Made by a program: the position numbers and the translations under genes. Positions 53,382 to 64,000 of a stretch of 64,000 nt of DNA are shown one piece after another (position 1 is the stretch's first letter; each line of letters begins with the position of its first letter). The notes under the pieces are model-generated. The model saw only the letters and a list, made by a program, of their open reading frames with translations, was not told the DNA's origin and did not search any database. The DNA is from Epiperipatus broadwayi (lineage: Eukaryota; Animalia; Onychophora): NCBI GenBank assembly GCA_028023455.1, contig JAQFVV010000010.1, forward strand, positions 13,950,001-14,014,000. Reading direction: 5' to 3'.

Positions 53382-53558
53382 GTATATTAATTTTTATTAT
53401 TCATTAGACTAGACTAGTCATTATCCATTTAATGAATAATATTTCTATAGTGCAGTCTTCAGTCTCATGCAAGTGGTATAGTGAAAATTGCACTACAGAA
53501 ATATTCATTAAATGGATAATCTCTAGTCTAATAAATGACTAATAAAAAATTAATATAC
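53382..53558. repeat. Short fold-back, MITE-like, abutting the family B element
   Basis: GTATATTAATTTTT / AAAAATTAATATAC and TTATCCATTTAATGAATA / TATTCATTAAATGGATAA pairs. Confidence 0.75.
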
Positions 53559-55251
53559 TTCTATTAAATGGTTTGGGTCAAAATTGTGCGGACAGTAAGT
53601 TTGACAGATTAGTTAAACTGTATTAATTGGCCATCCAAATATATTGAACAATGATAAAGATATATGTAAAAGATTTGGTCTAGGCCAACAGGTGAGTACT
53701 TGTTCTGCACGAAATGTGCATCTTAGGGATCATACATCTTTTTCATATCTTTGGTTATATATTTATAATCTCACCCCTCCACAAACTATTAAAAGCAGAT
53801 AGAAATCACTCCCTATCTTGTGTGAGAGTGGTGTAGTGAAAATTGCTCTATAAAAATATTTATAAAATTTATATACAGTATACATTTTTTTACCCAAAAC
53901 AAATTCAATAAATACCTGTTTATTAATGTTATTTCATATTTTAAATGAGATATAAATAGCAAAAAAAAAACAAAAACATTAAAGATAATTCATCACTAAA
54001 AAAAATATCTTTCTGGTTTGAAGTTAATAATAATCAAATACTTCTTAATTTTATTGTTATGGTAGAAAAAATTACATTTGCCAGGTTTGCTACTGTAACT
54101 GAAATTGTTTTCCTTTTTTTTTTTTTGATCAAAGAAATATGTCCAATTTACTATTATTTTAGTATTTTCTTATCGATTAGTTTTTTCAAGGGTTCTCCTG
54201 TGTGGTCATTGGCAGACGGAGTATCTAATTTCAGATAGAGCACATGCTATAATAGTACCTAAGATAGAACCGCATGCTATAATAATACCTAAAAAGTATT
54301 CAGAAGCCTTTTAATATGGACATGAAAGAAAAAAGTTAGGAAAGTTTAGATATACTTTTTGGTATTACAAAAGTAGGGAAATTACAAATTGGATACATAT
54401 AAAAAGTAGAAGGAAGGAAATGTAGAGAAGTTAAACAGATGTGTACTTCATTTCCAATTAAAATGGAATAATAAAAAAATATATTTGGAGTACAGGGGAG
54501 CTGCTCTAAGTAGACTCATATGATAATTATGTGGCTTCATGGACTTACATAATTTTTTTATGTGTAGAATTTATTTTCTATTCATGTACAGATATTATTT
54601 ATAGGAAATCAGTTTCTTAAGTCTCTTGCAAAATTCTGTAATTTTTTTAATGCAAAAATAATTGAATTATTTTATATTTTTTGTTCAACTATTATTAATC
54701 TATTAGTTTTGATCTGTAACTGCTAGAGTTCTTTTATTTATCAATCAAGATATTAGTAGTAATTTATTTAATGACGTATTGTTTTATTTTTTAAAAGTAA
54801 TTTCACCTTGAAAATAAACTAGTGTAATTGTTAAAAGTTTCCAGGGACCCCTCCCCTTCATATTCTATATAAAAAATCTAGTTAGTTAGCTTAATTAATC
54901 AGTTCCATAGCATAAACAAGAAGAAACAAAATTCTAAGTTTTGTTTTTAGGAAACGCATTGTTTATACTTGAGTAAATAGAATATTTCAAATGCAATAGT
55001 AATAAATATTTGGATTATTAGTGTAAAAAGTTTGTCTATTTATTATTATTTTTAAAAAATTTCTGTAGAGTGTAATTATAATTTATAAAAAGCTTATTCC
55101 TGGTAGCTAATACTATGGTTTTTTAATCTGCTATCTTAATCTTATATAAACTTAATAGAATTTATTCTGTAGTTCCAAATTGAATTGTTAAAATACTTTG
55201 TCAAGAAAAGATTGGCATGTAATGGCAACTAATACCCATAATGATCAAGAG

Positions 55252-55557
55252 CAGTGGTAGTCAGCCTGGTCCCTTTATGGTGGGCAGTAGGGGTTTTGTC
55301 AGACACTGAAGCACTTTCTTCTTTTTTAAATTTAATTGACTTTTTAAAAAAAATTCATAGAGATTTATATGCTTTAGTTTGCTGTATCATAGAGATTTAT
55401 ATGCTTTAGTTTGCTGTAACTCTGCTTTATAAATTTTATAAAGTTACTTCCCTACTTTATAAATCACCATTACTGTGGAACTGGTGGGTGGTTAGAAAAT
55501 TTTATTACTAACAGATACAAAAATGGGCGGTAGGGATAGAAAGGTTGACTACCCCTG
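55252..55557. mobile_element. hAT (Charlie-type) MITE
   Basis: TIR CAGTGGTAGTCAGCCT / CAGGGGTAGTCAACCT; TSD ATCAAGAG / ATCTAGAG. Confidence 0.88.
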
Positions 55558-56005
55558 ATCTAGAGGATCCTCAGTTATTTGCAAATATTTAGGATCAAAT
55601 CAAAATATCCAAAATCTATTGCAATGTATAAATATTTGGTATATATTGTTAGAAACTTTTTAGAAGCTCTTGAAACTTTTTAGAAGCTCTTGAAATCCTG
55701 CAAAATTTATATATCAAACTCGCCAAAGTATTTCAAGTGTTTACGGTTTTATGTGCATATATAATGGTGGTATATACATGTACAAACATTTATGTGAAAT
55801 TTTGTTACTGGATTATATTGTGAGCATTTTCTGAAATACTGTAAAAATATATTTTATTACAGTATATTAACTCTTGTTTAATTTATATAAATAAAAAATA
55901 AATTCTAGGAATTTTACCATATCCATAGTTTTAATTTTTGTGAATGCTAGAAATTATCAGTGTATTACTGATTCATTTCTATAATTAAAAACTTTTTTTT
56001 TTTTT

Positions 56006-56108
56006 TTGGATGAGTAGGCATTAGATAGGGATTTTATGCACAAGCCTTCTGGCATCCATTGATTACTCTGTTTAGCACAGGTGGCAATACTGTATGGAGA
56101 GTTTTGCT
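56006..56108 (+). repeat. Family A fragment starting just 3' of the hammerhead
   Basis: TTGGATGAGTAGGCATTAGATAGGG...GGAGAGTTTTGC. Confidence 0.85.
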
Positions 56109-57064
56109 CTTTATTTAAATAGCTTACTGCAAGGGCAAGCATGGTTCTACAGAATAACGAGATGACGATACACATTAGTGTAATCAAATGCCCCTCCTTG
56201 AGAATTTATGGTTATATAGTTATTGATATAACAAAATTATACTGCATTATTCTAAAGTTGTTGTTTTTCCCGATCACATTCATTAAAGTTTACATTCAAA
56301 AGAACAAGCTTTGGATTTATGGATTTTACTCTATATTGTAGATTAATGGCTATCATTTTGGGCTTTTCATATAAAGCCAATAAGTTATATATATAAGTGT
56401 AAATTTCTTTTGATTCCAAGTGCTTTTTTAAAGATTTTGGCCAAAATTATTAATTAATATAAATGGAGTAAATTGAAAAACTCAACTAAACTTTTTTTTT
56501 TTGAAAGTAAATTTGACTAATACATTTTTTGAGTTATAGCTGCAAAAACAATATTGTTGTTTATCATTAGAAAGCAAGTCATCTAGCTCACATTTAATTT
56601 GCATTTTTAAAATAATAATTTATCATATACAATTGTGTTGCCATCTCTGTAAGCATGTATAATTAATGGATATACCATGGTATCAAAACCCTCAGTTTAT
56701 TTCTGGATTGGCTCTCTTTGTCTTGAAGCTTTTTTTTTCATTACAATCATTTAGTTAAGCTAATAATTTAAAATTTTTAAATACCCCAGATTTTTAGACT
56801 TGAGACTATTTTTTTGTTTAATTGAAAATCTGACAAATCTGTAATTATGAATAAATTTCTAACATCGAGCTTTTATTTAGCCATAGAAATATATATATTT
56901 ACTACAGAACCAGAATACTTTAGGGATAACAGGTGGTAATGCTAAAATAGCATAATGGAATAATAGGTGGTTCAAAGATCAGTGTATATATTTCCAGCCA
57001 AAGAGGGTAAACAAGTCATAAAATTATCTGGAGCGCTGATTCAGGCAAACAATACCTATTGATT

Positions 57065-57123
57065 ATAAATAGTCAAAATAAGAGTCAAAGATCCAATTCA
57101 TAGATCACATGACCCTATCTCTT
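57065..57123 (-). mobile_element. 59-bp 3'-terminal fragment of family C with 14-bp TSD
   Basis: Reverse complement matches 24601-24652; flanked by AATACCTATTGATT at 57051-57064 and 57124-57137. Confidence 0.85.
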
Positions 57124-58230
57124 AATACCTATTGATTCTCTTATTTGCAGAGGTGGCTTTGAAATTACAAGAGAGATATGTTAGTCGAAATTGTTGCCAA
57201 TCCTGTTTAGCAGTTTTAGAATGACATGATTTTCTGAGCAAATAATATGATTATTAATATCTGCTCATAATTATTGAACTTCATAGTCCCTAAATTGTGT
57301 TACAAAATTAAAATAAATAGACAAAAAACCAACAAACACTTGTATTCCTCATATATGTATAGTCCCATATTGTAATCAGTTTATTCTTTTAAAACTTGTT
57401 CCTTCATTGAATCGAATTGTTCATCAACTTGCTGCCCAATGCTTCACTACTTTATGACCATTGTCAGAGGGCTTCTAAAAATACTGTACAACAAATAAAA
57501 ATCTTACACATTTTAAAATATATTTATTTATCATTCATACTATATATATTATAATACATTAAAAACTATAAAATTAAAATTTTACAACCATCATGAATAA
57601 TCATGTTCTTTAATTAATAAAAAGACTATTTATTACAGTAAAATTCAAAATTCACTTATAGGTGATTAAAAATGAGATTCTATTTCTCTCCTATTACAGA
57701 GTGAATAAGTTTGTACAATTTATTAAATTATAATTTAAAGCCCTGATTTTAGCATGGTGAATAAAGGTTGGCTTATTAACAATAAACTCTAAGCATAAGT
57801 GGTTCACTTGTGCCTTTAAACTCATGCTCAAGGGTTAACACACATAAATTCATAAAAGTGCATGACCTGAGATTTGTTACCTTATGTAATCTTTCTAATT
57901 TTTTTTTTGTTGACTTTTAAAATTTGCTATTCATTTTCCCTCTTATATTATTATTTAAATTTTATATAGATTTTTTTTTTAATTAGTAAGTCATTATTCT
58001 TCATCCTTCCCCTCTCCAGTCTGTCCATTTTATTTGAGATTGTTTTTTTTTTATTCCTTATATATAACTATTCTTTAATTAATCATTCTTATTAATTTCC
58101 TATATTTTGCATCATTTTAATACTGCTATAATAATGTTAACACCCATTTTTTTGTATGCTTATTTATACTGGATACAGTGGTGTTATTAAACTTATATTT
58201 TAGCTAATGGATTAATCTTTTACTACTACT

Positions 58231-58348
58231 ATTTTTTTTTCTTTCCATATGTCATAGCATCGGCCAGGGAGGCGAACCCACAACTGTCTGCAACCAACTA
58301 CTTGCTTGCAAGGCTGCTGCGATGACCTCTTGGCTAACAACGCTTGAC
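58231..58348 (-). mobile_element. tRNA-Gly-derived SINE (expanded subtype)
   Basis: Reverse complement of the 3022/50291 type. Confidence 0.88.
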
Positions 58349-58999
58349 ATTTTGTTCTACTTATTTTAATTTTATAGTATTTTTTATTTGCTTTAAAAAC
58401 AATTTTTTTTTTTTTTTGTAATACAAATATGTTCATAACATATGTTAATAAATATGTCCATCTTTTATCTGACAAAATAGATTGGCATTTATATAACAAA
58501 AGGTCGGAATTATTTACAGGCATATTTAAATGATTTTACGGGAATCTTGCTTGTAAATTATCTTAGTAATATATTTGGAATTGTTTGTTCTGTGAAATAG
58601 GTTTACATATGTTTTCTAGTTAATAGTAGATTTAGACATCTGTATATTTATACACACCCATTCTATTATATATGTAAATTTTTACCATCTTGTGCAGTGA
58701 GTCTCTTTTTGGCCGATGAGTAGGATTTTGTTTAATATAGGAAATCTTGGTATATATATATTAAAATATTTCTTTATAATAATAAAAAGGAGGGGCAAAC
58801 AATAGGTGAAGAGAATAAAAGATCACGGGGCATCCATTTAAACAATGCTGATTAGATTTATTTATATGTTGTTTAAAATTAATAAAAGTAAAATAATAAT
58901 TATCCAGTATTTTTGTTTTGCTAAAAAAATTAAAACATATATATTGCATACATTCATATAGTTAGCCACTCACAAATAAGTATAGTCATTTCAACTCCA

Positions 59000-61900
59000 A
59001 GTAAAAAAATATTCTAGAACTGAATTTTGCAATGACTATATAAACTAAGTTGTGAATTACAAATGCATTCACATATAGAACATTCTGGTCTGTTTTTCTA
59101 TTTGATATTTTGTGATGTTGTCTTTTAACTTTTTCTACAGAAAACTTGTCTTTATGCAGGATTTCAACACCATATCTAATTGTAAACTTTCTAGAGTATC
59201 TATCTTTCTAATGAATACAATCAATATTGTACTTCTTTAGATGTTTTTACATCTCCCATGAAAATCATGCTCAAACTCATAAAACATCCTTTTAGGAAGT
59301 CTTATATTTTTCATTCTTTTTACATTTCCTAGCCAAAGAAGGTGTGATTAAAAATTTTAACATCCTATGGATGCAATATAAAGACATTAAAAAAGTTTCA
59401 ATTAAGGATGTCCTACACAATTTTTAAAATATAAAGGCAAAACCATAAAACCAATCAAAATATACTTCACCTTGTAGTTATAATTATGATGGAATTTATT
59501 ATTGATAAAATTTCACCATCTTTGGATTGAAAATATAAAAAAGAAAGAATAAAATGAGCCTTTGATTCCCTATCAATGCAATATAAGGACATTAGATAAG
59601 TTTCGTTTAAGGATACCCTGCAAAGTTTTAAAATATAATGGTTACATCTCATTATCATACAATAAATTTGGTAAAATAACTTGTATATATATAGCTAATT
59701 TAGTTACAGTAGTTATTTGATAGTGAATTATCCTATTTTTTAAAAATGGCGGCAGCATATTGGGAACTATGCTGCTTATCTTGGCATCGATGTCCATCTT
59801 TCTACTTATAAAACTGCCAAGAAATTACGACTGGTTATGTTTTCAAATTGATAATTATCCAAGCTAAAAGCTGTTGAGAATTTTTTTCTTTCACTGGCTA
59901 CTAAAGAACATGAATTTTTTGAACATTAATTATTAAAACCAATCTTTATATGTTGCGTTCAAAATATTGAATAAATTTTGGTCATTTTTTGAACTGGCAA
60001 TCATCAGAAAATTGTAAGTCCAGAATTCAAAAAAAGATGATAGTTCTTGTCTTAACTTCTAATGGCATTCTCAAATTAAAAGTTCTATCATCAAATCTGT
60101 ATTACATTTTGATTTCTATTTTATAAAGCTGCCTGCAATAGTTCCAAAGACTTAAAAATCAAAAGGAATGTTGAAGGAAATATATATCCTTGTTTAGCAT
60201 CAGTTTTCATTTCAAATGCCACAGATTTTCCACTTATAGTGTTAACATTTCATGTCATTCCATAATGTATAAATTATATAATAGGAATAAATTTTGTTGA
60301 AAAACCAAATAATTTCGAACAATAACATGGACACTGAATTGAGTTAAATGCTTTGACCAAATCAATAAAAGCATTATATAAAGCACCTTTAATGATCCCT
60401 ATACCACATTAAAACTGATTGCTTTCAGCTATGACTGGAAATGACCTATTCAACAAAATCCTTAAAAATACCTTTGTTGTAATGGATGATAGTAATATTC
60501 ATGATAATTATTACAATCTTGCCTCTTCCCTATATTTTTAAAAATTCGGAACAGTAGAAGATTCTTGAGATCAGGAGGTGCAACTTTATGTGACCATATA
60601 TTTCTAAAATATTCTAGTTTTTTTTAAAGCTAATACATCACCAGTATATTTTTAAAACTCCTTCAGGTATTTCATTAGGACTTGCAACTGTACTATTTAA
60701 TGTTACTAAGGTGGATATCTTTATCTAAATTCAATTAGTAGTTAAAAAATAAACATATCTTTAAAAGTCATTATGTCAATTTTTGTATCATTGTTCAAAA
60801 GATGATAAATATATAATTAGAAGTCATCATCTCACTTCTTGTATCATTGTTCAAAAGATGATCAAAATACCTTTTCATCTATTCAAAATATTATTGCCAT
60901 GTAAGAGTGGATTATTGATAGTATTTTTTAGATCCATATATTGCTTTCTGTGCATCAAAAAAATGTCTTAAGTGACCACAATGAGGAAATATCTGTATCT
61001 CCTTTGCAGCTTTAAGTCATTAATCATTTTCAAGCTTTCTTGGCAGTTATTGGACTTTTGTCTTTAAATCTCTATTTATCATGAAATTGTATTATTTATT
61101 CTGCCAAATTCAAAATTCTATGTTTCCTTTTATGAATTACTAAAAAAAAGATAATTGTCACAAAAACTTTTTTAGTGAACTCAATTAATAAACTTATATA
61201 TATATAACAACTTCTTAAGAGAATTCCACATCTCAGTAATGTGATCAGCCTGAAGTCCAAATTAGGATAATTTTCTAAAGAATGAACATCAGCTTTCTTT
61301 TCTTTTTTCACATGTTAAAGCGTTGACCGGGAAGCGAACCCGGACCAGCTACTTGGAAGGCAGCTATGCTAATCACTAGGCTGCCAACGCTTGACAAACA
61401 TCAGCTTTTTTGTGAATGGGATAAAATGTATATTTTTTAATGCAATTATTATTTAAACTTGGAGTGCAGTATCTATGATCTGTTTAACAATCCATGCTTA
61501 TAAATGCGCATGAATTTCTATTTGGACTTCTAACTTAATATAATCTATTAAATGCCATTGTTTTGAGTCTGAATGTATCCATATTCCTTATAACAGTGTT
61601 TGTGATAGTCAATCTATGTGTTGTACATAAATTCAATAGTAACAAACCATTTGAATTCACAGTATCAATACCATTATTTTCAACAACTTTTGACCATGAC
61701 TAATATTTGTACGAACATATATGCATTAATATCTAAGAACAAAAAAATTATTTTTAAGGGCATGCTGTAATAATGCTATCCAGTAAGTAATGGGAATTTT
61801 TCTTCTTTGAATTCTTTAAATCTAAGGTTGGAGCATAAGCAACAATAAAATGAGCATTAATATCTTGATGCAAGGCTAGTTTTAACGTCCTTACTTTTTC

Positions 61901-62300
61901 ACCGATACAAAGAATTTCAACAGTAGAAAATACTAAATGTAGACTTTGCAACAAATCTAATCTTGTGCATTTTTTTTTCATTAACTGACCTGCCTTTCCA
62001 AAAAAAGTTTTATCCATCCACCTTTGGGAGACGAGGGCACTAAGAACCGCTAAATCAGTATTAAATATCGACAACTTTTTAATCACCAGTGCTGTCGTCC
62101 ATTATAAATTTTGAAGTTTGTATCAAATAAATTTCACGTATTCTGTGAAACTTTCATTAGAAAAAGAAATAGATCTATAATAATTACCTTTAGAATAAGC
62201 ATTATTTCCTACTTTACGATTGTTACTGATAATATTCTTATTTCTGTTGTTTTAATGAGTAATCTGCCAGGGAAATCAGACCATTTTTAGACCACATTTT
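59000..62300 (-). mobile_element. Decayed near-full-length RTE (BovB-like) LINE
   Basis: Endonuclease FIVAYAPT (track ORF 61754-62086); RT fragments AFIDLVKAFNS, KQGYIFP, QFSDDC (~60000), FLGS..S...IDA; many stops. Boundaries approximate. Confidence 0.75.
61297..61395 (-). mobile_element. tRNA-Gly(TCC)-derived SINE inserted into the decayed RTE, 12-bp TSD
   Basis: GTCAA GCGTTGG..AGCATAGCTGCCTTCCAAG..GGGTTCGCTTCCCGGTCAACGC; TSD AACATCAGCTTT (61285-61296, 61397-61408). Confidence 0.9.
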
Positions 62301-64000
62301 TTTTAGATTCCTTCACTTCATAGTAGGCAAGGAAATTCCTAAATAGGCTTACCTACTAGCTGAAATTCTTGTCTCAAATCCAATTCCAAACCAAGATCAC
62401 AACTAAAGACTTCTAATCTACTAAGCCTGTCCCTCTTATTGCTTTGTTAATACTTGATGGCTTGAACTAAAAATGTAGTTAAGAATGGAAATGTGGTTGC
62501 ACAAATACTGAATGCCATTGTCACACTTAGTATATGAAGATGATGACCAGGTCCTACAATAATTTAAGTGACTGAAGAAGGAAAAAAAGGAGGCAAAAAG
62601 ATTGCTATCAGAAATACTACTTAGCCTTTAATGAACCTACACAATAATTACAAGGCAGCAGGAGGTACTCTTAGTCAGGTACTGTTTGTTATTTATAGTT
62701 TAACTATATCTGAAAGTTATTACATTATCCGCCTCTTATGGAAACCATGAATAGATAACTGTTTTTTAACAGAAGTTATTGTTTTGAAATAAAATTATGA
62801 ATTTAATACTTAATATTGTGTTTCTTACTATGATTATTAAATTTAATATATCTCATTCATATTCACAATCATAATGTTGGTACATTTAGTTAAAAATATT
62901 AGTAATTATTATTTAATAGAATAGGATTAGAGAAATGGATTATAGAGATGATTAATTCTGTCACTTTTATTACCCAAATAATGATGATGATCATAAAGAT
63001 AATAAAAAATGTGACTTAGTTGTCTTATCTTTAATTCTATCATTTTTATTATATAAATAATAATAATTATGATATTAGCATGTAAAAGCACAGAAATGTC
63101 GACAATAAGAACTAAGTCACAAACTTTAATGTCTTGTATTTAATATTTACATCATTTTTAAAAAAAAATTATATTTACTATTGAATATTCATTCACCCAT
63201 CCTCTTTCATGCTGACCTTCATCTTGCTTATATGCATAATCAAGAACGTTTTTGTAATTGCTTGTCCTATCCCATTAATTCCAAATAATAACATAGATGG
63301 ATATATTTTTAAAAATTCTCAAAAACAAGTATCAGTGAAGATTTTTGATTACTTTTTCAACTTGAGAAGTCAAAAAAATTAAGATATAGATTTCATTTCA
63401 TGTGAGGTTTTCAAACTATTGACAATCATTTAAAATGGGTAGACTGCTAATGCTTTCAGAAAACATTATTTTTTTTAGGAATGTAAGTTATAGCATAAAC
63501 ACTCCACATTTATTTTTTATTCTCATATATTATATTGAGAATTACACAACCTTGTCCTTTATTTAAAGATGTATACAATATTAAAATTGGGTTTTTAACA
63601 CACACTAGACAACAGAAAGCCTCCATTATAAATTAACAGAATTGAGCAATTGCGATAAAATGCACAGTAAAGCTGTTGTCTAATTTATTTCCAATGATTT
63701 GTTCCTGTAAACAGAATGACTCTCTTATATCAATCACTTAGCAGAAATCAAAGCTTATTTGAACAAATAGTATAAATAATGTATATATGTAGTAGAAGAC
63801 AGTATTATAATTAATATATATTAAAAAAAAAAGAGTCGATTCTATATCTAAAGATTAAAAAGGTCAAAGCTTTCAGCACCTTTTTGGCTCTAATGGGTTG
63901 TTATACAACCCTTTTATGGATATATTTGTTATCGAGCGTACATACCTTGTAAACCTGGTCAATAATTGTTTTGTCTTGTAACATAAACACTTTGTAATCC

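Larger units (their letters stand above)
19116..64000 (+). other. Actn: Alpha-actinin first intron (>44.8 kb, continues past the window)
   Basis: Donor at 19116; I could not find the expected next exon (TFTAWCNSHLRK) in the remaining sequence. Confidence 0.75.

Noticed and set aside
55370-55695. Small tandem duplications (~55385, ~55652; also 60784/60840)
   Set aside because: Ordinary 20-30 bp slippage duplications with no further structure.
2269-56108. Family A repeats as a CRISPR array or conserved gene family (recurrent 'SNQWMPEGLCIK' ORFs)
   Set aside because: Eukaryotic context, no regular repeat-spacer periodicity, and the peptides are incidental translations of a repeat with inconsistent starts and stops.
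59997-60011. CTGATGA on the minus strand as a hammerhead core
   Set aside because: It is the RT catalytic-motif codons (F-S-D-D-C) of the decayed RTE; no GAAA or stem III follows.
61318-61390. Functional tRNA-Gly(TCC) genes at 61318 and 39208
   Set aside because: D-arm and T-loop substitutions, shared leader/trailer, A-tail and TSD indicate retroposed SINE copies.
1-64000. Autonomous Penelope (RT + GIY-YIG) partner for the hammerhead units
   Set aside because: No GIY-YIG or Penelope-type RT motifs found in any frame I could read; the partner, if any, lies elsewhere.

Overview
Very AT-rich animal genomic DNA, probably arthropod (inferred from the alpha-actinin N-terminus and the repeat content). 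The only host coding sequence I can support is the first coding exon of alpha-actinin (19011-19115, +). Its promoter lies just upstream, and its first intron runs beyond the window end (no exon 2 found). The rest is mobile DNA: an RTE LINE with an uninterrupted EN+RT ORF running off the left edge, a decayed second RTE, Gypsy and L1/Tx1 remnants, six hAT elements/MITEs with 8-bp TSDs, a mariner-type MITE and tRNA-derived SINEs. The most notable signal is at least four sequence-unrelated families (my labels A, B, C, G) of small non-coding repeat units. Units are about 415-445 nt where measurable. Each family carries a minimal type I hammerhead ribozyme (CUGANGA / stem II / GAAA / very short palindromic stem III / NUH) and a shared TCATGTG box. 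They occur as fold-back palindromes or partial tandems, some with 14-15 bp TSDs. The clearest case is an intact canonical hammerhead forming the 34-nt loop of a perfect 106-bp inverted repeat (24344-24589). The architecture matches Penelope-like pLTR / retrozyme-type elements, but no autonomous Penelope ORF is visible here. All alignments, translations and folds were done by eye; ribozyme activity and novelty are untested.
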